Shown here piece after piece: positions 22,949 to 36,016 of a DNA stretch of 64,000 nt; position 1 is the stretch's first letter, and each line of letters opens with the position of its first letter. Both the position numbers and the translations under genes were made by a program. This DNA is from an uncultured Actinomycetes bacterium. Lineage in GTDB: Bacteria; Actinomycetota; Thermoleophilia; UBA2241. The notes under the pieces are model-generated. The model did no database searches. It saw only the letters and a program-made list of their open reading frames with translations, and had not been told where the DNA came from. The stretch lies in contig CAVYCN010000018.1 in NCBI GenBank assembly GCA_963767005.1, forward strand, positions 80,823 through 144,822. The letters are read 5' to 3'.

Positions 22949-24457
22949 ATGCCTGAAATCCAAATGGCGACCGAGAAAGCCAAACTCACCAAGACCCTAC
23001 GTCGGTGGGACATGGCGCTGTTCACCGCCTGCGCCATCATCGGGTTCGACTCGCTCGCCTACACCACCTCGGTCGGGCTGGGCCAGGCCATCACCTGGCT
23101 GATCATCACCTTCTTCATCTTCCTCATCCCGTTCGGCCTGCTCACCGCCGAGGTCAGCACCGCCTTCCCGGCCGAGGGTGGCGTCTACGCCTGGTGCCGC
23201 ATGGCGTTCGGCAAGCTCTTCGGCGAGCTCGCCACCATGATGTACTGGCTGTCGAACGCGATCTGGCTGGGCGGCACGCTGACCGCCGTCACGATCGGTG
23301 TCATCGATGTCTTCTTCACGCCCAAACACCTGCTCGGCACCGCCGCGTCGATCGTCGTCGGCCTCGTTTTCACCTGGGTGACCATCTTCTTGTCGGTGAT
23401 CAACCTCAAGTACGGCAAGTGGACGGGCAACCTGGGCACCTTCTTCAAGGCCATCATCATGGTGGTGATGGCGGTACTCGGCATCCTCTTCCTGGTTCGC
23501 CACGGCATCCCCAAGGGGATCGCCCCGGCGAGCTCGTACACGCCCAGCATCACAGGCTTCCTCGCCGTCATCGGCGTCATCGTCTTCCTGTGGGTCGGCT
23601 TCGAGCTCCAGGGCTCGGCCAGCGAGGAGATGGTCAATCCGCAGAAGGACGTGCCGCGCTCGATTCTCAGCTCCGGCGCCATCACGACCGCCATGTACGT
23701 CGTTGTCATGCTCTGCATGCTCCTCGTGCTGAAGGAGAAGGACCTCACCGCAGCGTCCGGCATCCCCGCCGCGGTGCAGGCCGTCATGGCCGACGCGGTG
23801 GGTAGCGGCACGGCCAAGGCGATCGGCTATTTCCTCGGCGTCATCTTCATCCTGCAGTACCTGAGCTCGGCGTCGGTGTGGACCCTGGGTTCGGCCCGCG
23901 TGCAGGCAGTGGCCTCGCTCGACGGCTCGGCCCCGCGCATGCTCGGCAAGTTCTCCAAGCAGGGCACCCCGCTCGCGATGTGCGTCCTCATGGGCATCGT
24001 CGGCTCGATCATGTGCTTCATCGTGTTCCTCGTGACGAGCGGCAGCCTGCACAGCTTCATCGTCGTGATGATCGCCCTCGACACCTCGCTCACGGTGGTC
24101 GTCTACGTCTTCCTGATCCCGGCGATGGTGCGTCTGCGCACCACGCACGCGCACGTCCATCGGCCGTTCATCGTGCCGGGCGGCGCGGTCGGCCTGTGGG
24201 CCTGCGCGGCCATCACTTGGATCCTCTCCGTCATCACCTGCATCACCCTGCTGTGGCCGGGCCTCATCAACAACATGCTCGGCCAGAGCTTCTCGATCAC
24301 GGACTACGAGGGCATGTCCCGGCTGCGGTTCGAGCTCATGGACCTCGGCACGTTCGTCGTCCTCATGATCATTGGCGTGGGCTTCTGGGCCTACGGTCGT
24401 ACACAGGGCACGGTCTCCGAAGACGCCGTCATCGAGGGCGTCGTCGAGGAGTCCTGA
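22949..24457 (+). CDS. APC family amino acid/polyamine permease
   Basis: About 12 TM segments, FPAEGGVYAW and GFE...SEEMVNPQKDVPR motifs; GGAGG RBS. Confidence 0.92.
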   Translation: MPEIQMATEKAKLTKTLRRWDMALFTACAIIGFDSLAYTTSVGLGQAITWLIITFFIFLIPFGLLTAEVSTAFPAEGGVYAWCRMAFGKLFGELATMMYWLSNAIWLGGTLTAVTIGVIDVFFTPKHLLGTAASIVVGLVFTWVTIFLSVINLKYGKWTGNLGTFFKAIIMVVMAVLGILFLVRHGIPKGIAPASSYTPSITGFLAVIGVIVFLWVGFELQGSASEEMVNPQKDVPRSILSSGAITTAMYVVVMLCMLLVLKEKDLTAASGIPAAVQAVMADAVGSGTAKAIGYFLGVIFILQYLSSASVWTLGSARVQAVASLDGSAPRMLGKFSKQGTPLAMCVLMGIVGSIMCFIVFLVTSGSLHSFIVVMIALDTSLTVVVYVFLIPAMVRLRTTHAHVHRPFIVPGGAVGLWACAAITWILSVITCITLLWPGLINNMLGQSFSITDYEGMSRLRFELMDLGTFVVLMIIGVGFWAYGRTQGTVSEDAVIEGVVEES

Positions 24458-24507
24458 CGATCCTCACCTGCGATCCCACCGTCTGAGGTCGATCGCCTCT
24501 GACGGCC

Positions 24508-24558
24508 GGGACCGGGGCGGGGCGAGCCTTGCGGCTCGCCCCGCCCCGGTCCCTTTTT
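24508..24558 (+). terminator. Intrinsic terminator after the APC permease
   Basis: gggaccggggcggggcgagcc-ttgc-ggctcgccccgccccggtccc followed by ttttt. Confidence 0.85.
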
Positions 24559-24684
24559 CGTGAGGCCGCATTGACGGCGGCCGTACCGATGCCGGAGCAT
24601 TGTCGGCAGACGGCCCCGCATCGCGCGGTTCGACTCGCGAGGGCCTGGCGGCGACCGGCGGCGGCCGGCATACGAGGGGGCATC

Positions 24685-25575
24685 ATGAGCGATCAGTCGG
24701 CGTCCCGCGTCTCGGGCGACACCATCATCCGCGCCTACGAAGCCTCCGACTTCGACGCGCTCGTCGGCCTCATCGGCGCGGCCTTCGGCGGCGAGACGCC
24801 CGACAGCGTGCGGTTCGCGGCATCGGCGGCGAACACCGTCACCTTCATCGCGCAGCGCGCCGACGACGTGGTCGGCGTCGCGATGGCGATCGTGTTCGGC
24901 GCCACGGCCTGGATCGGCAACGTGGTCGTCGCCGCCGAGTGCCGGCGGGGCGGCCTGGGGACGGCGCTGACCGAGGCGGCGGTCGCCGCGGCCCGCGAGC
25001 GGGCCGGCACCGTGCTGCTGCTGGCGCTGGGCGACGCCCAGCGCATCTACACGCGTCTCGGCTTCGAGCCCGACGGCCTCTACGGCACATGGCAGGCGAC
25101 CAACGCGACGCCGGGGCTGGTCGCGGCCGGGCGCGCCGGCGACCCCGGCCCGCGGCTGGTCCCGGCCGCCGACACGCCCGGCCTCTTCGAGCAGGGCATC
25201 GCCCTCGACCGCTGGGCGACCGGCGAGGACCGGCGCGCGTACCTCGAGCTGTTCGGCCCCTCCATGAAGGTCGCTCTGCGCCGCGACGCCTTAGGCGTCG
25301 AGACGGTCGCCGCCTACCGCACGCGCAAGGCCTGGGGCACCGGCGCCGTCGTCGCGCGCGACGCCGGCGCGGCTCGCGCCGTCCTGTGCGACCTGCTGCG
25401 CGAGGCTCCCGGCACGCGTCTCGAGTTCCCCGACGCGAACGAGTCGGGCGTGCGGCTCGCCGCCGAGCTCGGCCTCGAGCGCTTCAAGGAGAACCTGCGC
25501 ATGCGCCTCGGTCCGCCGGTCGCCGGCTTCAGGCCGCAGGCCGTCTTCAAGGCGCTCTCACCCGCGGTCGGCTAG
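24685..25575 (+). CDS. GNAT family N-acetyltransferase (two-domain, YitH-like)
   Basis: WIGNVVV...RRGGLGTAL acetyl-CoA motif A; DRWATGEDR second domain. Confidence 0.82.
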   Translation: MSDQSASRVSGDTIIRAYEASDFDALVGLIGAAFGGETPDSVRFAASAANTVTFIAQRADDVVGVAMAIVFGATAWIGNVVVAAECRRGGLGTALTEAAVAAARERAGTVLLLALGDAQRIYTRLGFEPDGLYGTWQATNATPGLVAAGRAGDPGPRLVPAADTPGLFEQGIALDRWATGEDRRAYLELFGPSMKVALRRDALGVETVAAYRTRKAWGTGAVVARDAGAARAVLCDLLREAPGTRLEFPDANESGVRLAAELGLERFKENLRMRLGPPVAGFRPQAVFKALSPAVG

Positions 25576-25639
25576 CGGCCGGCGCCGAAGCGGCCGCTGC
25601 CGAGGCCGCGGGGCTCAGATGCCGCGGAAGTCGTGAGGC

Positions 25640-26698
25640 TCAGGCCGTGGCGAACTCGAGCCGCAGGGTCTCGGCGATCTGTTCGGGCGTCACGAAGATG
25701 AGCTCGCCGCCGAGCTGCTTCTGCAGGAAGTAGTCGTCGGTGCGGTAGTCCTGCCGGAAGGCCGTGCGCGCCACGACGTGGAGCTGCACGGCGTAGGTGT
25801 CGATCGAGCCGCCGAGCGGCCCGCCCGAGAGCGTGAAGTTGAAAGCCGACAGGCCCTCGCGCTCGTACCAGGCGAGCACCCGCGAGAGCCCGAAGGCGGC
25901 CTCGCTCACCTGCTCGTCGTCGAGCGCCGCCACTCGCGCGACGCCGGGCAGCAGGCCCACGACCTCGCGCCCGCCGGTCGGCGCGAAGGGGGCCAGCCAG
26001 GTCCAGCCGGCGCGGCTGCCGATGAAGCGCTCGCCGTGTGACTGCTCCTCGTCGGCGAGCGCGCGCCAGTACGACACGCCGTGCTCGCCGCGGAAGGCCG
26101 CAGCCCGCTCCCACTGCAGACGCACGAGCCACGGCGCCCCGGTACCCCCGAAGACCTGGAAGTGAGGGTGCACCATGCTCGCCCCGGCCGGCAGCATGTT
26201 GTTACAGCACACCTCGAGGTGCTCGAGGCCGGCGACGGCGCCCTCGGCGAGCCCGGCGAACTCGACCGCCGCGCCGAGGCCCTCGTGCAGCAGGCCGGGC
26301 GCGAAGTCGGAGGGCCGCAGGAAGTGGCGCTTGGGATAGGTCACGACGGCGTGCAGCGCGGCGAGCGGGAAAAGGTTCGGAAAGACGAGGGCGCGACCGT
26401 GCTCGAGCCGGCCGCCGGGGACGATCTCGTCGGGATACCTCGGCGTGACCTCGAGCACCCTGTCGGGACAGAAGAAGCAGCCCTCGCGCGAGCTCCTGGC
26501 AAGCTGCTCCGCGTACTCCCAGTCGGTGCTCCCGTAGAACATCGCCTCTTTCGAGGCAAGCTCCGCCGACGCCACCGCCGTCGCCCCCGTGAGCGGGTCG
26601 CGCCGCACCTCGATGGGCTGCTCGGTGTGCGCCATGCCGAGCAGCGGGCTGAAGAAGGCTGCCGTCTCGGTGGTGCGCTCGAAGCTGATCAGTGCCAT
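25640..26698 (-). CDS. Galactose-1-phosphate uridylyltransferase (GalT/HIT) family protein
   Basis: EVRRDPLTG, CFFC, PNLFP and GASMVHPHFQ (HxHxQ) motifs. Confidence 0.8.
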   Translation of the reverse strand: MALISFERTTETAAFFSPLLGMAHTEQPIEVRRDPLTGATAVASAELASKEAMFYGSTDWEYAEQLARSSREGCFFCPDRVLEVTPRYPDEIVPGGRLEHGRALVFPNLFPLAALHAVVTYPKRHFLRPSDFAPGLLHEGLGAAVEFAGLAEGAVAGLEHLEVCCNNMLPAGASMVHPHFQVFGGTGAPWLVRLQWERAAAFRGEHGVSYWRALADEEQSHGERFIGSRAGWTWLAPFAPTGGREVVGLLPGVARVAALDDEQVSEAAFGLSRVLAWYEREGLSAFNFTLSGGPLGGSIDTYAVQLHVVARTAFRQDYRTDDYFLQKQLGGELIFVTPEQIAETLRLEFATA

Positions 26699-26797
26699 GG
26701 GGGACCCCCTCGCCGGGTGTCGGTTCGCTGCCGGCCCCGATGATACGGGTGCGGACGGGCGCCGGGCAACGACGGCGCCCGTCCGCCTGCCTCTCCC

Positions 26798-28963
26798 CTA
26801 CGCGGCCTGCGTCTGCGAGCGGGCGGCGTCGGCCAGCGTGCCGAGCAAGCCGCCGACCGACTCGCGCACCGCCTCGCTGCGTCCTCCGTCACGCACGCAG
26901 CTCCACACCAGATGAGTGTCGCCTGCCCCGTCGCCGCGCGCCGGTCCCATGACGTCGCGGATCTGGCGCTGCGCCTCGCGCAGATGGCCTTCGTCGCACG
27001 ACGCGCCCATCACCGCGAGCGGCTTGCCGGCGAGGGCCTCGCGACCGTCCTGCGAGTCCGCCGCCCAGGCGAAGGCGTTGCGCAGCGCCGCGCGCACGTC
27101 GCCCTCGTACTGCGGCGTCGCCACGAGCACGGCGCCCGCCCGGCGCAGCGCGGCGCGCAGATGCTCGACCTGCACCGGCTCGGCCGTCTCGGTGGCCGCG
27201 CCGTCGCCTGGGTAGTCGGGTAGCGAGGCGACGTCGAACTCGTCGATCGTCATGCCCTCGGGCGCCTGACGCTGGGCCGCGCGGAACAGGCTGCGATGGT
27301 ACGAGCGCCGGCCGCCGGCGGACGCGCTGGCCGCGACCAGGCCGAGCACCTGCACGGGGCGCGACTGCACGGCGACGGGCGCCGCGGCCCGCGCGGGACC
27401 GGCGGCGGCGGCCGGCACGGCCGCCGCCGCCTCGGCCGCCACCTTCGCCTTCGACTCGATGAGGGCGGCCGCGAGCGCGGCCGCCCCGGCGAGCACGCCG
27501 GCCAGCACCCAGAAGCCCACCCGGAAGCCGTGCGTGGCGGCCGCGACCGGAGCCAGCGCGCCCAGGCCGGCGTGAGTCCGCAGGTAGCTCGTCGTCGCGG
27601 TCGTGGCGACCGTCGTGATCACCGCGAGACCCACCGCGCCGCCGATCTGCTGGCTCGTGTTGATCAGGCCCGACGCCGCGCCCGCCTCGTCGCCGCGAGC
27701 GCCGGTCAGCGACGAGATCGTGTCGGGTACGAAGGCCAGACCCAGGCCGGCGCCCGTGAGCAGGAACCCGGGCAGCAGGTCGGCGACGTAGCTGCCGTGC
27801 ACCGGCAGGCGCGTGTAGAGCAGCACGGCGACGGCGGCCAGGGCGAGCCCGACGGGCAGCACCACGCGCGAGCCGAACCGGTTGACGAGCGACTGGGCTA
27901 CCACCGCCGAGACCACGACGAGGAACGTGGTCGCGATGTAGGCCACGCCCGTCTTGAGGGCCGAGTAGCCCAGGATCTGCTGCATGTACAGGGACAGCAG
28001 GAAGAACTGCGAGAACAGGCCCGCCCCGATCAGAAAGCCGACTACGTTCGCCGCCCGGGGCGTGCGCAGGCCGAGGATGCGGAGCGGCAGCACGGCGTTG
28101 CGCGAGCGCACCTCGATGACGACGAAGGCGGTGAGCAGACCGGCGGCGGCGATCAGCAGACCGATCGTCTCGGCCGCGCCCCAGCCGACCTGCGTCGCCC
28201 GGGTGAGGGCGTAGACGAGGACCATGAGGCCGCCGGTCACGGTCACGGCGCCGGGCAGGTCGAAGCTGCGCCGGGCGCCCTCGAGACGGCTCGCCGGCAG
28301 CAGGAACGGGCACAGCGCGATCAGCGCCGCGCCGATCGGCACGTTGATGTAGAAGATCCACTGCCAGCCCAGGCCGCTCGTCAGCACGCCGCCCAGCAGG
28401 GTGCCGGCCGCCGCCCCGCTGCCGGCGATGCCGCCCCAGATACCGAGCGCCAGGTTGCGCTCGCGGCCCTCGGCGAACGTCGCGACCAGGATCGACAGGG
28501 CCGCCGGCGACAGCAGCGCGCCGCCCAGCCCCTGGATGCAGCGGAAGGTGATGAGCGACGCCTCGGACCACGACAGCCCGCAGGCGAGCGAGGCGCCGGC
28601 GAACAGAATGAGCCCGATCATGAACAGGCGCCGGCGGCCCAGCACATCGGCGAGGCGGCCGCCCAGCAGCAGGAACCCGCCGAAGAAGATGGCGTAGGCC
28701 GACAGCACCCACTGCAGGCTCTCGACCGAGAAGTGCAGGTCGCTGCGGATCGAGGGCAGCGCGACGTTCACCACCGCGACGTCGAGCACGACCATGAACT
28801 GGGCCACGCAGATCGCGGCGAGGATGTACCACTTGCGGCGATCCCAGGCCGAGCGGCCCGGGCTCGGCGCGTCTGCGCCGCGCTCGCCGCCCGGGCCCGA
28901 GCGGCCCGCGCCCGGTCCGGCTGCGCCGAAGGCGGGTGACGGAGATGTCTGAGGGTCGGCCAT
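26798..28963 (-). CDS. DHA2-family MFS transporter fused to a C-terminal NAD(P)H-dependent FMN reductase-like domain
   Basis: 14-TM MFS (LDVAVVNVALPSI, GGRLADVLGRRR) followed by ATPQYEG...LRNAFAW...LAGKPLAVMGAS. Confidence 0.85.
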   Translation of the reverse strand: MADPQTSPSPAFGAAGPGAGRSGPGGERGADAPSPGRSAWDRRKWYILAAICVAQFMVVLDVAVVNVALPSIRSDLHFSVESLQWVLSAYAIFFGGFLLLGGRLADVLGRRRLFMIGLILFAGASLACGLSWSEASLITFRCIQGLGGALLSPAALSILVATFAEGRERNLALGIWGGIAGSGAAAGTLLGGVLTSGLGWQWIFYINVPIGAALIALCPFLLPASRLEGARRSFDLPGAVTVTGGLMVLVYALTRATQVGWGAAETIGLLIAAAGLLTAFVVIEVRSRNAVLPLRILGLRTPRAANVVGFLIGAGLFSQFFLLSLYMQQILGYSALKTGVAYIATTFLVVVSAVVAQSLVNRFGSRVVLPVGLALAAVAVLLYTRLPVHGSYVADLLPGFLLTGAGLGLAFVPDTISSLTGARGDEAGAASGLINTSQQIGGAVGLAVITTVATTATTSYLRTHAGLGALAPVAAATHGFRVGFWVLAGVLAGAAALAAALIESKAKVAAEAAAAVPAAAAGPARAAAPVAVQSRPVQVLGLVAASASAGGRRSYHRSLFRAAQRQAPEGMTIDEFDVASLPDYPGDGAATETAEPVQVEHLRAALRRAGAVLVATPQYEGDVRAALRNAFAWAADSQDGREALAGKPLAVMGASCDEGHLREAQRQIRDVMGPARGDGAGDTHLVWSCVRDGGRSEAVRESVGGLLGTLADAARSQTQAA

Positions 28964-29286
28964 CGTCCTCTCCCTGGCCTCGTGGCTCGGCGGCGCACCG
29001 TTCCGGCGACGCGCCGCCCCGCGGTCTTGCCTGTCGACTTCGGCGGCGCGGACCGGTGGTCTTCTGGACGTCACGACCACGCGGCAGGGCCCGCCCCGGC
29101 CAATCGTTTCGCCGTGCTTTCCCCGACTTTTGAGCGCCCAACCCATCAGATCGCCACGGGTGAGCAACGGCTCCGAGGACTAAGGCGACCACACGCCGGG
29201 GTATCCCGAGGCCGACGCGGCGCCGGGGTCGCAGGCCGGCCGCCGCCGTCCCGAGGGATGCAGGCTCGAACGAGAGGGACAGCTGC

Positions 29287-30393
29287 GTGACCGACATCGT
29301 CGCCGCACGGATGGACGGCCGGGCCCCGGCGACCGGCCACACGAGATTCGACGGCGCGGCCGCTGGCGGCGGCGGCGCGCGCCGCGATCCGGTCGTCTAC
29401 CTCGATCACGTGCCGGACGCGCTGCTGGCCGAGCTGCCCGCGCGCTACAGCAGCCCCTTCAGCACCGCCGAGTACTTCGCCATCTACGACCGGCCCGCGC
29501 ACCTGCAGGCGGTCGAGCTGGGCACGCCGCGCCACGTGCTGGTCTTCACCTCGCGCGGCGCCACCGCCGACGTCCTGAACAAGGTGATCGACATCGAGCC
29601 GAGCGCCCTGCGCGACGCCGCCGATGCCATCTTTCGCGCGCGGCCGGACGTCAGGCGCATACGAGCCGAGGTGAAGTTCCCGCCAAGCCGGCTCGAAGGC
29701 CCCCAACGGGAGGTCTGCTTCAGCGACGACAACGTGGTCGAGCTGCCGGGCAACCTGGATGAGTATGAGGCGTCACTGGGGTCGTCGACCCGCCGGAACC
29801 TGCGTCGCGCCCGCAATCGCCTGCTGCGCGCGCATCCGGACTTCACGGTGCACACGGTGGAGGGCAGCGACATCACCTACGACCTCGTACGTCAGGCGTT
29901 CGCCTGGAGCGAGGAGCGTATCCGCGCGAAGGGGCAGGTGTGGGGCTACGCCGGCCAGCCCGTCGCCGCCCATCAGGTCTGGCGCCTGCTGACCGCGCAC
30001 GGCGTGGCGCTGTGCGGCTTCATCGGCGATCGCCTCGTGGCCGTCAGCCTCTGTCTGTTCGTCGGTCGCGACTCATGGGCCCACACGGCGGGCTACGATC
30101 CCGCCTTCCTCGACCTGCGCCTGGGCGCGCTCATGGTCTCGTTCGTGATCGCCGAGAGCATCAGCCGGGACTGCGGACGCTGTCATCTGTTGTGGGGCAC
30201 GCCGACGTACAAGTGCGACCTCGGCGCCCGGCCGGTCCGCGCCTGGCGCGTCTCGATCTACCGCTCACGACTCGAGCAGGCGCTGTACGCGCCGGAGCGC
30301 TGGCCGGTGCTCTGGCGCCAGCGCAACGACCACTACTGGCGCCTGCGCGGCGCCGCGAAGCGGCGGCTGCTGGGGACGATCGCCCGGGCCTGA
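29287..30393 (+). CDS. GNAT family (Acetyltransf_6 / CelD-BcsL-like) protein
   Basis: LDEYEASLGSSTRRNLRR and GYDPAF...LLWGTPTYK patterns. Confidence 0.75.
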   Translation: MTDIVAARMDGRAPATGHTRFDGAAAGGGGARRDPVVYLDHVPDALLAELPARYSSPFSTAEYFAIYDRPAHLQAVELGTPRHVLVFTSRGATADVLNKVIDIEPSALRDAADAIFRARPDVRRIRAEVKFPPSRLEGPQREVCFSDDNVVELPGNLDEYEASLGSSTRRNLRRARNRLLRAHPDFTVHTVEGSDITYDLVRQAFAWSEERIRAKGQVWGYAGQPVAAHQVWRLLTAHGVALCGFIGDRLVAVSLCLFVGRDSWAHTAGYDPAFLDLRLGALMVSFVIAESISRDCGRCHLLWGTPTYKCDLGARPVRAWRVSIYRSRLEQALYAPERWPVLWRQRNDHYWRLRGAAKRRLLGTIARA

Positions 30394-30442
30394 CGCGAGC
30401 GCGCCGAGCAACCCGGGAACGCCACGTTTGATAGGCAACATG

Positions 30443-30518
30443 TGGAGCCGGCGGGGGGAATCGAACCCTCGACCTGCTGTTTACAAGACAGCTGCTCTGC
30501 CAACTGAGCTACGCCGGC
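30443..30518 (-). tRNA. tRNA-Thr(TGT)
   Basis: GCCGGCGTAGCTCAGTTGGCAGAGC...CTTGTAA...GGTTCGATTCC...CCA cloverleaf. Confidence 0.97.
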
Positions 30519-30743
30519 CCGCGCCTAGTCTACCGCCCGGCCGGCGGCGCGCGGAACGACCGCACGCGCCGGCGTGTGCCCCACCCCTGGGGTTGCGCCT
30601 CGACGCCGTGGTTCTGCAGCGCATCGCGCGCGGCGATTGAATCCCGGACGACTCGAGCCTACAGTGGGGACAGCCACCCGGTCGGTAGCAGCGCGACTCC
30701 GCACGCCGGTCCCGGCCGCCCACTGAACGAAAGGGATGCAGCG

Positions 30744-30971
30744 ATGACACCGACGGTAGCCGTGGACCTCAACCCTGTCACCATGGTCATCATCTTCGCG
30801 ATCGTCGTGCTGCTGTTCGGCGCATCGCGGATACCCGGCCTCGGCAAGTCGGTCGGCCAGAGCATCCGCGGCTTCAAGTCAGGGCTCGAGGGCGACGACG
30901 AGATGGAGCCCAAGAAGCTCGACGGCGGAGCCGGCGCGCAGACGCCCGACAAGAAGCCGCCGCACGACTGA
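30744..30971 (+). CDS. tatA: Twin-arginine translocase subunit TatA/E
   Basis: TM segment followed by LLFGASRIPGLGKSVGQSIRGFK. Confidence 0.9.
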   Translation: MTPTVAVDLNPVTMVIIFAIVVLLFGASRIPGLGKSVGQSIRGFKSGLEGDDEMEPKKLDGGAGAQTPDKKPPHD

Positions 30972-31024
30972 CCGCCACGGACGCCTCATCGGCCGGGGCG
31001 GCCGACGGCGCCAGCCGACCCCAG

Positions 31025-31095
31025 AAATGCGACGGACCCCGCGGGGGGCGGGGTCCGTCACCAGGGCTTGGGGGTCGCCCTTGAGGGGGGTCGAA
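31025..31095 (-). ncRNA. 6C-like small RNA (two hairpins with C-rich loops)
   Basis: Minus strand reads agggc-gacccccaa-gccct then gacggaccccgc-ccccc-gcggggtccgtc; CATACT -10 box upstream; resembles the actinobacterial 6C motif. Confidence 0.7.
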
Positions 31096-31099
31096 CGGA

Positions 31100-31174
31100 A
31101 GTATGTCCGAGCCGGATTAAGCCGGTGTTAACCAGGGCTTAAGCGAGGTTAATGGGGCTGAGACGAAGCTGAGA
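31100..31174 (-). promoter_or_regulatory. sRNA promoter with helically phased direct-repeat array
   Basis: -10 CATACT (31100-31105); TTAA at 31117, 31128, 31139, 31149 and CTGAGA at 31158, 31169. Confidence 0.6.
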
Positions 31175-31177
31175 GTC

Positions 31178-34021
<2,844 letters not shown>

Positions 34022-34025
<4 letters not shown>

Positions 34026-34870
34026 AGCGAAGCCTCGGCGTCGCGATCGTGGCCGGCGCGACCGCCCGCCTGGGCGGAACCGCTCGCGCCATCGCGCGCC
34101 GCCGCCACAGCCTCGCCGAGCCGCCAGCCCTCGAGCATCTCGAAGGCCCGCGGGTCGACCAGGTCGAAGTGCAGCGGCGTGATCGACAGGTAGCCGGCCG
34201 CGAGCGCGGCGAAATCGGTGCCGTCCTCGCTGGCGCAGTCGCGCTCGTCGCTTGCGATCGTGTACTGACGCACCGGGCCCTCACCGGTCTCGAGCACGAT
34301 GCGCTCGTGCACGCTCGCGCAGCCGAGGCGCGTTATGCGCACGCCGCGGACCTCGGCGGCGGGCGTGTCGGGCAGGTTGACGTTGAGCACGAGCCCGTGC
34401 GGCAGGCCGTCGGTCAGCACGCGCGCCACGATGGGCGCGGCGAGGTGGGCCGCGGCGGCGAAGTGGCGCGGCGCGGCGCCCTGCACCGACACGGCCACCG
34501 CCGGCAGCCCCAGCAGGGCGCCCTCGAGCGCGGCGGCCACGGTGCCGGAGTAGGCCACGTCGTCGCCCAGGTTGGCGCCCCGGTTGATGCCGGCGACTAC
34601 GATCTCGGGGCGGTCGCCGAAGAACCCCATCGCTCCGGCGCGCACGCAGTCGGCGGGCGTGCCGTCGAGCGAGAACCCGTCGAAGCCGTCGCCGAACCGA
34701 GTCTCGCGGGCACGCAGCGGCCGGTCGATCGTGATGCTGCGCGCGATCGCGCTGCGGTTGACGTCGGGCGCCAGCGTGACCACCGTACCGAGCGGGTCGA
34801 GCGCGCGCCGCAGGGCCGCCAGGCCGGGCGCGTCGATACCGTCGTCGTTGGTCAGCAGGATGTGCTTCAT
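34022..34870 (-). CDS. surE: 5'/3'-nucleotidase SurE
   Basis: ILLTNDDG, GTPADCV and GINRGANLG...YSGTVAAA. Confidence 0.96.
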
Positions 34871-35077
34871 CGCTCGCGTCGGATTCTAGCGCACGGCCCG
34901 GCCGGACCGTGCCGCCCGTCGCCGCCGGCGACCGCCGGTCGCCGGCCCGCTCCGGCGTCGCCAGCTCTGGCAACGTCCGGCAGGAGCCCGGCAGCGGACG
35001 TCGTAGCAGTCTGAAACCGGCGCGAAAGCGAGTGTGGCAGCACGAGCACTCTCCATCCCGACCTGACCGAGCGGCAT

Positions 35078-35935
<858 letters not shown>

Positions 35936-35950
35936 CAGACGGCGGCGGAG

Positions 35951-36016
35951 CCCTCAGGCCCGAGGGCAGCTTGGCCGGCCGCGGGCCCTCAGGCCGAGGG
36001 CAGCTTGGCCGGCCGC
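35951..36016. repeat. Tandem duplication (~32 bp) of the 3' end of the EAL gene
   Basis: ccctcaggcc(c)gagggcagcttggccggccgc at 35951 and 35986. Confidence 0.8.
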
